The notes beneath the pieces are model-generated. The model worked only from the letters and a program-made list of their open reading frames with translations, searched no databases and was not told where the DNA came from. From Vezdaea acicularis (taxonomy: Eukaryota): a stretch of DNA of 64,000 bases. The stretch covers positions 1-64,000 of the forward strand of contig JAPEUI010000073.1 of assembly GCA_026025075.1 (NCBI GenBank). Reading direction: 5' to 3'. A program made the translations under genes and the position numbers. Positions 1 through 11,741 of this stretch are shown here, piece by piece (the first letter of the stretch is position 1; each line of letters opens with the position of its first letter).

Positions 1-410
1 AATTGCCGGCGTCTACAAGGTTCTTCGTATGGACGGAGGCTGTATTTTGGCGATCCTGGTTTGGAATACTTTCCCACAGCCATGAACATTGCTCATGAGA
101 TACCCTCTGTTGCTGAAATCAAAATCGGCATTCTTTTTTGCTGCTCCTATAGTTTCAAAGTGCTCCTCGTGCTCTACACACTTGGGTTGGCATTCAACGA
201 CATATTTATCGAGCCACTAAATAAGGGGAAGTCTGATTTGTCCCCGAAGCATCATTCACGGCTTGTTGTTCATGGCACTCGTCTGATACTATCATAATGC
301 TAGTTCTCAAAAGTTACAAACTTGATTAATACGTGTCTAAAAATGGCTGAATGGGGCTCGATTGTAATTCGGAGTTCGGTTGACCATTCACACGTGCCAT
401 TAGCACCATG

Positions 411-464
411 CGCGAAAACGCGGCTTTAGGCTTACCGAAGTTTGGGGCGCGTCACTGGTCGCGT
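411..464. promoter_or_regulatory. Cluster of MCB/SCB-like CGCG elements upstream of RNR1
   Basis: CGCGAAA 411-417, ACGCG 418-422, GCGCGT 447-452, TCGCGT 459-464; RNR1 is a classic MBF target. Confidence 0.55.
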
Positions 465-693
465 CTTCCTATTCAAACAAATCTCCCCACCTCTCTCGCT
501 CTACACATTGTCCTCCGCATTTCCTTCTTTACCAGCCTCTAAATCTCTCACACCCTTGAGCAAGCTGCATCGCTAATCTATAAGCTGAGAATACCCTCTG
601 ATATTCTTTCAGCCAACCTGATCTGAGTTTGTGGTCAAACTTGCACGCTCCATTTTATTCTCAACTCCAGCTTTCCAAGTGTTACAGACGATC

Positions 694-3600
694 ATGTTCG
701 TTTACAAGCGGGGTGAGCAATGGTCTAGATGTTATCCTTCCTTTGTGATCATATGAAGCAACAATTGCAAAACGCTATTAACTCTAAGTCAATATTCTTC
801 ATGACCCAAACAATCCGTAACGCGTTCAGAGCTCGTTTCCTAGAGCACTCAGCTACCGTAGATCATGAAAGCTGACAAGTACTGCATTGGACTAGATGGA
901 CGTAAGGAGCGCGTTCAGTTCGATAAGATTACGGCACGAGTATCTCGTCTATGCTATGGACTCGATGCGGAGCACGTCGATGCCGCTGCTATCACTCAAA
1001 AAGTGATTTCCGGTGTTTACCAGGGTGTCACAACTGTCGAGCTTGACAATTTGGTATGCTTCTTGATCCATAGCTTGCTTTGCCTAGCATGAAGTCAATG
1101 TGGATGGGCCCTCCTTCCACCGAAAGATCTTACAAATCTATGGCAAATATTTGAGGCTAACAAGTCTGTCCATTATCTAGGCTGCCGAAACTGCAGCATA
1201 CATGACCGTCACCCACCCGGATTACGCCATTCTAGCTGCTCGTATTGCAGTCTCGAATCTCCATAAGCAGACAAAGAAGCAGTTCTCATCCGTCATCTCC
1301 GACTTGTACCACTATGTCAATCCAAAGAATAACAAGCCCTCCCCCATGATCTCACATAAGACATATGAGACGGTCATGAGGCATGCGGAAGAGCTGAACT
1401 CGGCGATTGTCTATGATCGAGACTTCAACTATCAATACTTTGGCTTCAAGACTCTCGAGCGTTCATACCTACTGCGGGTCAGTGGCAAGATTGCCGAGCG
1501 TCCTCAGCATATGATTATGAGGGTTGCTGTCGGTATTCATGGCGACGATACAGAGCGGGTCATTGAGACATACAATCTAATGTCAAGCAGATACTTCACT
1601 CATGGTTCGCCCACCCTCTTCAATGCTGGTACTCCGCAGCCCCAGTTGTCATCCTGTTTCTTGGTAGACATGAAAGAAGACAGTATTGAAGGCATATATG
1701 ACACTCTGAAGACTTGTGCAATGATATCTAAGAGCGCTGGAGGCATCGGTCTCAATATACACCGCATTCGTGCTACTGGATCATATATTGGTGGCACCAA
1801 TGGATCTTCCAATGGCATTGTACCGATGCTGCAGGTCTATAACAACACTGCTCGTTATGTGGACCAAGGGGGCAACAAACGTCCTGGTGCTTTCGCCATC
1901 TATCTCGAACCTTGGCACGCGGACATCTTTGAATTCTTGGACCTGAGAAAAAATCACGGAAAGGAAGAACAACGGGCTCGCGATCTGTTCTACGCTCTGT
2001 GGACCCCTGATCTTTTCATGAAACGAGTAGAGAAAAATGGGGACTGGACGCTTTTCTGTCCCAGTGAGGCACCAGGCTTAGCTGATGTGTGGGGAGAGAA
2101 GTTCGACGCCCTTTACGAGAAATACGAGAAAGAAGGCCGAGGTCGTAAAACCATAAAGGCTCAAAAGCTTTGGTATTCTATTTTAGAAGCTCAAACCGAG
2201 ACTGGCAATCCTTTCATGCTTTACAAGGATGCTTGTAACGGCAAGAGCAACCAACAGAACCTTGGCACGATTCGCAGCTCTAATCTCTGCACAGAGATCG
2301 TCGAATATTCTGCCCCGGATGAAGTTGCAGTCTGCAACCTGGCTTCGCTGGCATTGCCAACATTTGTGGATATCACTCGAGGCGAATATGATTTCAATAA
2401 GCTCCATGAAGTCACTCAAGTGGTCGTAAGAAATTTGAATAAAATCATAGACGTCAACTACTATCCTGTGGAGGAAGCTCGGCGAAGCAATTTCCGCCAT
2501 CGCCCCATCGCTGTCGGTGTACAAGGTCTGGCCGATGCGTTCTTGGCGCTACGACTCCCTTTTGAGTCGCCTGAGGCCAAGCACTTAAACATCCAGATCT
2601 TTGAGACTATATATCATGCATCCTTGACTGCTTCGTGCGACCTTGCTAAACTCGAAGGCGCATACTCCTCGTATGAAGGATCGCCGGTTTCAAAGGGCGT
2701 CTTGCAGTACGATATGTGGAAGGTTACTCCGACGGACCTTTGGGACTGGGCCGCGCTCAAGCAGAAGATTGTCAAGCATGGAGTGAGAAACAGTCTGCTA
2801 GTGGCTCCCATGCCGACAGCTAGCACGAGTCAGATCCTTGGTAACAACGAGTGCTTCGAGCCATACACATCCAACATTTACTCTCGTCGCGTCCTTGCTG
2901 GAGAGTTCCAAATTGTCAATCCTTGGCTGTTGAAAGACTTGGTAGATATGGGTCTTTGGTCTGATAACATGAAAAACCGAATTATTGCAGATGGTGGCTC
3001 AATTCAGAATATTCCGAATATTCCTGCGGACATCAAGGCTTTATATAAAACAGTTTGGGAGATTTCTCAACGCACAATTGTTCAGATGGCAGCAGACCGA
3101 GGCGCCTTCATCGATCAGTCGCAATCACTCAACATCCATATGAAAGAGCCCACGATGGGCAAGATTACAAGCATGCATTTTGCCGGTTGGAAACTCGGTC
3201 TCAAGACCGGCATGTATTACTTGCGTACCATGGCCGCTTCTGCCCCCATTCAATTCACTGTAGACCAGGAGCAGCTTAAGGTGGCCGATACGAACGTCGC
3301 CCGCACCATGGGCCAAAAGAAGCGTACTAGTGGTGCAATCTCGTATTCACAGTCTGCAGTACCTCGTCCAATGTACGAAAAGCAGCCCTCAGGCTCTAAC
3401 ACTTCGAATGGTATTCCCACTCCGGTCGCGACGCCACCCGCCAGCTCAGAGAATAAGAAAATATCTTCCTCTGGAAAACAGCCAATTCCTTTCAAAGCGG
3501 ACGTCGAGGAAGGGGACAGTCCGAAAATATTGACAACGGAGCCTCCCATTAGCACGCCTAAAGATGAGAATGATCTTCCAGAGCCAGCCGAAAAAGTGAA

Positions 3601-3766
3601 GCAAGAGGAAGACGCCGACAACAGCAAAGATCGTGAGAACGATATATATGCAGATAAGCTATTGCAATGTAAGCCATTTATCCAAACCCCAAAATATACC
3701 TCAAATGCTGACAAGTTGAAAGGCAGCATTGAGAACAAAGACGCTTGCGAGATGTGCTCAGGTTAA
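694..3766 (+). CDS. RNR1: Ribonucleoside-diphosphate reductase large subunit
   Basis: Exons 694-712, 896-1053, 1181-3668, 3723-3766 (GT-AG introns). ATP-cone start [18 protein letters not shown], catalytic [15 protein letters not shown]-terminal CEMCSG. Confidence 0.97.
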
Positions 3767-5355
3767 GCCTGAGGCATGTGTACTATACAAATAGGCAAAA
3801 GCAGAGGTAGATTCATATTACAAACTCACACGAGTTCACTATAGTACACCTTGGCTCTGGGGTGCAATGGGGGTTCATTTGTTTAGTCACGGCATGCATG
3901 TACTATAACGTCATGAGTTGGGTAATGAAGTTTCTCATTTGATTCACGTTAGTTCCAGTATGGTCATATTGTCCTGGAAGAAAAAGCATACTCAATAGTG
4001 GCCTGTCGCAAGTCTCAAGAATTGCTGATAAGACTAAAACAGCATTCATTCCGAATAAAAGTGATACGTACTCGTTGCTATGCACTTTCGTTATATAAGT
4101 GCCCAGCACGTGTACCATCCCTTAGCCCTAGATTAACAACCCTTACCACTCTGAACTCATTCACTTAGAACAGCTCTACATCACAAATTTCCTCCCACCA
4201 GTAGCGCCTATATCTCCTAAGGAATTCTGATAAGGAATTCCAGATCAAATAGCGTAACGAAGCTGTTATCTTTCGCCTTCAGGATCTGACATAGCGTCGA
4301 TCGTAGACACACCAAGGCTAGCCTAGAAGAGGTGGCGATTGTGATGCAATTAAAGTGCCCAACGGATACATCACTTGGCAAGCCATGTGGCACGTTGCGA
4401 AGATATACAGATGCAGTGGTTCCAACTGTACTCTGGTATAATTGCCTGGGAGAGACCGCTACGAATCGATATCAATATCAGATAGTGAGCTGACATATAT
4501 TGATGCTGTTCTCGTCAAGAGCAGAAGACAGGTCGTGGTAAAGAAGGATGAAATTCCTGGTAAAGAGAAAGACAGAACATGGAACGGGGTCTACCATCAT
4601 AATGGATTGCAACTTGAGGCTGAGCCGGAGCATGGCTAACCTCCTTCGCCGGGAAAGAAGGGCCAAGACCAAGCTGGAAACAAAATCTTGACAGGCCAAG
4701 TCAAACAAAGGGTTAAGAACCTCCAAAGTCCAATCTAGTCAAGTCTAGATGAGCTACAACCCCTATTGAATGCTAAAAGCATCGAAGGTCATAAAAAGCA
4801 AGGACGGAGTCCGGACATACTATTTGCATGTATGAACCAACAATGTCGATAGTTAAGCTTGTTTTAACTCCTAGTAAATGCATCGCCAATTGACTGCTAG
4901 GAGTCTGAGGTTAGTATCGCAATATCCCCTTCTTAAAACTCCTGGCTAAGTTGACACTCTCTTCTCAGAACCAACCCTATCATGTCGATGGTATATCCTT
5001 CCTGATAACGCATCCGAGTAAAGCGACTGATCTTCTATGCTAGCCCTCGACTGTTTGCGCGACTAGATCTTCCTTCAGAGGTACTCTGTTTCCTACCTTG
5101 ATGCTTCTGTTGATCCTAGAAATTGCTGTAAGTAACCTAATTTGGCGGCGGACTGTAGGACGAGCCCCTATACCTCGAGTCCGCATGGATAGAAAGCTAT
5201 AGACTGGTCGCGAGGATACGCTCCCGCCGTGTGGTCCGTCATATTATCATAGCTACACACAACGTAACCAACAGGAGTTCGGAATGACGAACATCTTGCA
5301 AAATCGAATTTTTGCTCGTAACACTGGAATTTAGGTCGCTAAAATCCACATGCGT

Positions 5356-6532
5356 TCAATGGTTCTTCGCATGAGACCCATGAGTGGGATGAGTGTCTTC
5401 TTCGGCTTCGTTTTCGTATCCATTCACGCCCTCGCTTAACGCTTTCAGAGCCCCCGAAGCAGCCCTCCCCACGTCTCCGCCCTCCTTCTTGGCCTCATTG
5501 AGCTCTCTTTCCATGACCCGGCAGAACCCTAGCTCATGAAATACGCGCTGCCTCTGCTCGACCCAGGGATACATTTCTCCTTCGGCATCTCTTGCAGCCC
5601 CAAAGAGATTTAGATATGCAAATGCATTCGGCTTCCTAGGTATTTGATGTGACTGACGGCCATAAAGAACCTGTAGGCCGGGCTCAAACGAATGATCTTC
5701 CATCTCCTCTTCAACTTCCACTAGACCTGCACGCAAAAACTCCCCTAAAACAATGATAGCATGAACAACAACCCTACCCTCTTTTCCAGTCTTACCCAAT
5801 GACCCTTTGACGCTCGTCCAATTTGAGGTGCCACCAATCCTGTCCCATTCCCACCCTAACATTGCAGTAAAGCACTTCAAAGTCTTTACCCATCCTCCAG
5901 GACACTCCACGGCATCTCCAGGGATTGTCTGAAGAAACCAACTAAGCACATCGAGAGCAGATAGGCGAATGTCGTGTGAGAGGTGGGTCATTCCGGCGCG
6001 GATATGGAGAGAAAGCTTCTCAGCATGCATGGAGATGGCATCCACCGGAAGGATACGGAAGAGCTTGAGCAGTGATGTGCGGACAGACAATGAGCCATCG
6101 AGAATAAGGGGTACGGCCTTTGAAAAAAGATCATGAGAATTGAAAGAAGAATCATTGGCAGAATTAGAAGCACTTAAGAGCGCTGTGAGGTGTGCCAGTG
6201 AGTCATGCCGCTGAGTTGAAGTTTTCGAGCCAAGCAGGGAAATGTGATGTCTAAGCTGGTCGTGTGCACTGGGGGCAGTCTCCCGCAGAGATTGTGCTTT
6301 GAGACTTATAGCTGAGAGGACGTTAGACACGCCTCATATGTCCACAAGCTAGTCTTATGCATACATTTAGATTGAAAGGAAGTGCTAGTAAAATTTGCCG
6401 CCTGTGGCTTCGCTTTGCCCACTTTAAACTTTGGCTTCTAGAGTATGCGTTAATACGATGTCTAACCTTCCTTCGATGACCTACTTGAAAGTCCTTCTTT
6501 TTTTCCTTCTTTTTCTTCGAGCTTGAGCCCAT
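5356..6532 (-). CDS. IPI1: Pre-rRNA-processing protein Ipi1 (Rix1 complex)
   Basis: Spliced N-terminus MGSSSKKKKEKKKDFQ|KPKFKVGKAKPQAANFTSTSFQSK|SISLKAQSL; HIRAGMTHLSHDIR motif; two short GT-AG introns. Confidence 0.9.
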
Positions 6533-7058
6533 TATTCAATCCGACTAATCACATATACGTGGCGAAAGGGTCCCTCTTGAATGCCGGAAGACAACGCTTA
6601 AGATTGGACAGAAATCTAAGTGAAATTGACGATCTATACTTTTTCACAAAGCGCCAGGATATTCGACGATTGACGCCATATCTTAGAACATGCGTTCGAT
6701 GGCTAAGAGAAATATGTTGATAAATCTGTAGTATCATGTCTGCACAAGTGCGTAGAAGTTCAGTTCCGCCTCAATGGCAGAGGATCTTCCGGAACAATTT
6801 CCGCCCCGCCAATCGTGGCAGAATTTGGGCGGAGTCCGCGAACTTGAGCCAAATGCCCCCAGGAAGTTTTGCTCCGTTATAAAACTTAACCAAATGACAC
6901 TCTCAAACGACAGGAGGTATAAATTCCAGAGCCCTATCACTGAGAAGCCTATGTACCCTTCCTTGACTACATCTCACGACCTTCTTCTCCCTATTTCGCT
7001 CGACCGCTTCCGCAAAGAGGAGCAAGCTACGTTTGGCATCTAAGTGGGGAGCTCCAAT

Positions 7059-7591
7059 ATGACCCAAGTAACAGTAAGATATCTTCTATCTCCATGCGGT
7101 AGCCTCCGTTCTAAAATCTTTCAGGCTGACGAAACAACCCTTGCACATCTTACACGACTTTCGCAGAAGCCTGGAGTGCAAAGCACACTCGTCCTCGACC
7201 GCAGTACCGGCTCTATTGTACGAAGCACTGGATTACTCTCGGCCCCCACCCCAAACCTCACATCTTCAGCCTCCTCAAATCCTTTGTCAACCTCTGCTAC
7301 TCCTCTCAAGAGCCAGAGCGGATCCTCCAGAACAGGCCATACAGCGGAAGAGGTAGCAACACTGGCATGGAACTTTGTTAAGGGAGCTGAAGGCTTGGTA
7401 GAGGGCATGGCAGAATCAGATGCAGAAGGCCCGGATGAATTGAAGCTTCTAAGGGTACGAACAAAAAGATTTGAATGCGTTATCGTACCTGGTAAGCCGA
7501 TACTCTACTGAGTCAGAGTGCACGAATGCTGAATAGCTTTTAAGATTCAAAGTTCTTGCTTGTGGTTATCCATGATACCCCTGCGGCGTGA
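7059..7591 (+). CDS. Roadblock/LC7-type dynein light chain
   Basis: Exons 7059-7073, 7125-7491, 7545-7591; RLSQKPGVQSTLVLDR and LKLLRVRTKRFECVIVP|DSKFLLVVIHD are typical of the roadblock fold. Confidence 0.8.
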
Positions 7592-7725
7592 AAAGCTCAT
7601 CACTGGACCTGGAAATGGAGAGCCATACTGGATAGAGTTGGCTTCAGCAGTTCCGATTATCCAGGGGACGTCATCAGTTCTCGTCATGGTGCATTAAGGG
7701 AGGCAATACCTGCAGGTCACTTTCC

Positions 7726-8447
7726 TTAGAGCGTATCTGCTAGTATCATAGGGCCAGAAATCTCGTCCCTTTTCTCCTTACCCATAATTACTTCTACGAT
7801 GGTCAATGAGAATAGCATCGCTGTTCCAGGCCTACGTTCGTAGATCAAAGTATTAGTACGACATCTACCCTATTTTGTGGAAACTCTTTGAATCCTTACC
7901 CGCGACTGGTTATAACCTTCTCCTTTTCATCAACAACTACCCTTTCCCCATCTCCAGCATATTCCCAGCCTTTTGCTACAATCTCATCTTTGACACTGGG
8001 ATGACTTGTGACTCTAGCTTTCCACCCCCCCAAATCCCCTGAAGTTCCTGCCGCAACCACAGCCGTTGTGCCAGCGCAAATACTAGCTGTCCAGCCTCCC
8101 ATCATCTTGACAAAATCCAGTAGTTGTTTGACATCTCTTGATGCCGTTAGAGTCTTGGCGCCTGGCCCGCCTCCGGGAACGATAACGATTGAAGGCACAG
8201 CTGAATGCGAAATCTCTATCGTGCGCTTGTCGGGGACAATCCGGACATTTCGGGAACAACTTGGGATCGTTAATCAAGCATTCCTTCATGAGAAGCCAAC
8301 AAAAGGTTACGTTGCATAATATTCCTTGAGATCAATTCCGACAGATTCAACTTTAAACCCGGCACGAGTCAGGACATCATACGGCGTCACAAACTCGATC
8401 TCTTCTGTACCGTCGGCAATGAGGATCAAAGCAGTTGGCTGAGACAT
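7726..8447 (-). CDS. DJ-1/PfpI family protein (ThiJ-like glyoxalase/deglycase)
   Basis: Three exons: MSQPTALILIADGTEEIEFVTPYDVLTRAG, VPGGGPGA, catalytic ASICAG, TSRG|PGTAMLFSL. Confidence 0.9.
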
Positions 8448-8656
8448 AACGAGGGCTCAATTGCTTCTCGATTGGGGGTGGTACGAACATTGTGCAACGG
8501 CACATATCTGCATCGCCAATGAGCTTATGGCGGGGTTCGGGGGAGCTCCAGATTATGTCATGTTGCATCTGCGGCCACGCGTAAACGCGTCTCTTTACCG
8601 AAACTCTTTTTGAATTTCAATGTAAGTTGAGGTGCAAAACTGGACGTGAATGCCCT

Positions 8657-11359
8657 TCATGATATGCTCTCCCACCTTGCAAGGCGCCCAAAATGTTGCC
8701 CCGCTTCTCTTACAATGCACAGAAACATCTCACTCCCCTTGCCCTCTCCTGCCAAAACCTTACTAACTAACACGGAGCCAATTCCGATCCCATTTCCCTC
8801 CGAGAGATTGAATCCTCCCTCGGTCACAAAGCCGATCAAATCCTCTTCGCCTGGAACAACCGGATATGTTTTGTCTCCAGGCTTTGGCGGGCCAGCCCTT
8901 TCCCCAACTTCTATCCCTAACAATGAAGCAGCCAATTTCTGGCGGCGGACTTCTGGAGGGTCTGAAGGCTTGGGCCGGAAATATCCAATATCTCGTTTAG
9001 AAGTTCGCGCTAGCTGGTTTCTTGGCACTAGAAGAGAAACCCATCGTTTGTATAGTCCTCTATCCCTGCTTGGTAGTCGATAGATGCGGGAGCAAGGCGG
9101 TGACGTACCACGAGGAAGTAACGTCAACTTCACTGTGGTCAGAGCTGAATTTAGCTTTAAACTTTCAATAGTCTCGGTAAGGTTTGCTGCGGATGCTTTT
9201 GAACGCTTGAGCAGCTCCAAGAACTCGGATGAACAGAGATGATACAGCCTTTGTGAGGGCTTGATTGCCCCCTCGGGAATCTCATTATCGGCATTGACAG
9301 TGTCATCTTTGATAGCTGTATCTTTCGGTGTGAGCCTAGACGGAGGCGCATCTGGCGGTGGTCCATCAATTAAACGTTCCCATGCACAGGCCCAACCTTC
9401 TCCTAACTCGCCCTTCTTCCCATTCCCTAAATTCAAGCTGCTCCATTCAACTCTTTTACCCTTAGGTCTCCTGTCCCATTCTGCCTTTCGCCTTTCTCTT
9501 TCGACTAATTCCCATGCCCAGCCTGCTTTTGTGCCGGGGAAATCACCAGGAAACCAAGCTTTCCCTTGCTCGAATGAGAGCTGCCTCGTTTCACGTAGGC
9601 CACCAAATCGAGGATTGCCGCCAGTAGAGAGCGGAATATGCATGAGCATATACCAGACTGGCAAAACGCATTTCCATGGGATAAGAACAGTCCAGGATCC
9701 CTGCCCTCCATGGCCACTTTTGTTTCGAGAAGCTAAGAGCAGGATGGGTATATTGGGGTCGTGAGGGATTGGAGTAGGATAGTGTCCTGCAGGTGCAAGA
9801 CCCTTCCGGCGATTGATCGATTTCTGGCTCGCTAACCCACGAGAAGCCTCAAGGCGCGCGTCTTGCGAGAATATTTTTGCTGGTCCTTGAGTGGCATCAA
9901 GGGGCCAATCCCTCAAAGTTTCTAGAAGTCTCTCTTCATCCAGCTCAGGAGGCTGACTGCGCTCCAATGGCCAAGGAGGATGATGAAGGCGAGGATCTGA
10001 GATTTCGAATGCCAGTAGAGCACCTTTGACCAATGACGCGGGATTGGTAAGAGCTCTTAAGGAGATCCAGGTTCCCGCAGGCGTATGTGACGACCTTTCC
10101 AGCTTGTTAGTGATACCAAAGGGCCACAAGGTGCTTTGTAGGGCCTCCGTAGATCCAGGCCCTGTTATCTCAATACTACCGATTTCAAAGCGGAGGTCCT
10201 CAACCATGACCTGGGGTCGTTGTCTCTTTCCAATTTGCAATGATTTGGTCCATAGCTGGAGGAATGCTGATGGATGAACTCTGATCATCACTGCCCTTTT
10301 CCCGCCCGCTCCAGATTTTATAGAGCCATGTTTGGTCTTGTTAGCTGCGCCAGCGCCAGAAATATCGCTTGATTCTGACATCCCTTGAACGCACCATATG
10401 ATAGTCACTGGAGCAATAGGATTCTCAGTAACGTTTTCATAAACCCAACCTTGCCAGCTTCGCACCCCTTTCCTCCATTTTGCACCTTTTCTGCCCCATG
10501 CTTCATCCCCAACAACACCCAAAAGCTGCAGTAAGGATGTTATACTCTCCTCAGAACTCTGCAATCCGATAGTACTCATATAGCTTGTATCCCAGCCCAC
10601 AGCCCCCCTGAGCTCGCTTGCTCGGTGGGTAGGTCGATAGCTTTTTTCGGTTGGTGTCAATGGCAACGCAAACCGCCAAAAGGGGGCTTTAGGCTCCGTC
10701 ATGCGCGCGCGCTTCGAGTGAAACACGTGCGTTGGGAGCCAGGTCTTATTTAGCTGCCTTTTACGGAATTTCGACGGGGGCTTGGGAGGACAACTAAGGG
10801 CACCATTTTGCATTTTGATCCTGAGCTTTCGAGGTTCGACACGGACTGCATAGTTGGGATCAACCCCTAGGACTTCCGAAGTATTCGAAGCCTTCTTCTC
10901 CCTCTTCTGCCGTGCCCTTTCACCCAAAACCTCCAATCTCTTTGCGGTCTCAGCTCTAAGCCACCCTCTAGATGTATCTGGCCTTCTCCTGCTCGCTTTC
11001 ACTACGGGCGTGTTATCTTCTCTCATCTCTTTCCTTGCCCTAGGTCGCATCCTCTGCGGAAGACGTTTGACATTGTGACTGGCAGTCCTCCTTCGCAAAT
11101 CTCGGGGCAGACTTTGGTGTGCACGAGTACTCATTGCTTTTCTTGAACCCAGAATGCTGGCTTCCAGAGCGCGAATCTCAAATTCTCGCGCCTTAATAAA
11201 GGCACCAACATCAATGGCGCCATCTTTGAAGGCCGCATCGTTCGGCTGAGTTGCAATGGTACGAGCATCTTGTCGCTTACTACGCTTTGCAGGTCGCTCC
11301 TCTGATGTCGGATTGACAGCAGGTGTGCTCCTTCTTTTTTGATTTATCTTCGGCGGCAT
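8657..11359 (-). CDS. POP1: RNase P/MRP protein subunit Pop1
   Basis: Intronless 900-aa ORF; LPRDLRRRTASHN and WLPTHVFHSKRARM (POP1 domain), FEQGKAWFPGDFPGT (POPLD), IGFVTEGGFNLSEGNGIGIG. Confidence 0.93.
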   Translation of the reverse strand: MPPKINQKRRSTPAVNPTSEERPAKRSKRQDARTIATQPNDAAFKDGAIDVGAFIKAREFEIRALEASILGSRKAMSTRAHQSLPRDLRRRTASHNVKRLPQRMRPRARKEMREDNTPVVKASRRRPDTSRGWLRAETAKRLEVLGERARQKREKKASNTSEVLGVDPNYAVRVEPRKLRIKMQNGALSCPPKPPSKFRKRQLNKTWLPTHVFHSKRARMTEPKAPFWRFALPLTPTEKSYRPTHRASELRGAVGWDTSYMSTIGLQSSEESITSLLQLLGVVGDEAWGRKGAKWRKGVRSWQGWVYENVTENPIAPVTIIWCVQGMSESSDISGAGAANKTKHGSIKSGAGGKRAVMIRVHPSAFLQLWTKSLQIGKRQRPQVMVEDLRFEIGSIEITGPGSTEALQSTLWPFGITNKLERSSHTPAGTWISLRALTNPASLVKGALLAFEISDPRLHHPPWPLERSQPPELDEERLLETLRDWPLDATQGPAKIFSQDARLEASRGLASQKSINRRKGLAPAGHYPTPIPHDPNIPILLLASRNKSGHGGQGSWTVLIPWKCVLPVWYMLMHIPLSTGGNPRFGGLRETRQLSFEQGKAWFPGDFPGTKAGWAWELVERERRKAEWDRRPKGKRVEWSSLNLGNGKKGELGEGWACAWERLIDGPPPDAPPSRLTPKDTAIKDDTVNADNEIPEGAIKPSQRLYHLCSSEFLELLKRSKASAANLTETIESLKLNSALTTVKLTLLPRGTSPPCSRIYRLPSRDRGLYKRWVSLLVPRNQLARTSKRDIGYFRPKPSDPPEVRRQKLAASLLGIEVGERAGPPKPGDKTYPVVPGEEDLIGFVTEGGFNLSEGNGIGIGSVLVSKVLAGEGKGSEMFLCIVREAGQHFGRLARWESIS

Positions 11360-11741
11360 TCCGCTTATCCGTTTGTGACGCGTTTACAGGTTCGACGCGT
11401 GTGAACTTTGAAGTCGAACTCTCTGGTAAATGCAATTGGTGGAAGCGATTTAAGCTTTTAAAGAGCCAATGGGAAGTGAGGTGTGGTAAAGGCGGTGAAA
11501 ATATTCTGTTCCAGCGTCCACGCTTAGCGTCAGGGCTGACGAATGCCTTGCCGGCATTGGCGGCTACTTGTGCCTGGAACCCATAATTCGTAACCGGAAC
11601 AACAAGAAACTATCACAGCGTTAGCCTTCTCCCATCCCTTGGTTCTTTAATCTATACTGGTTACCTGTAGCTTCTTTCTCAACCATTACGTTTATTACCA
11701 CGGAGACTCATCGACTTCCATCTGATCACAACCAGACTCAA

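Noticed and set aside
1..297. Possible gene at the left edge
   Set aside because: No frame on either strand gives a recognisable protein or convincing splice model.
340..360. AATGGGGCT resembling the RNase MRP RNA 3' conserved region
   Set aside because: No matching upstream GAAAGTCCCC-type element to form the P4 helix.
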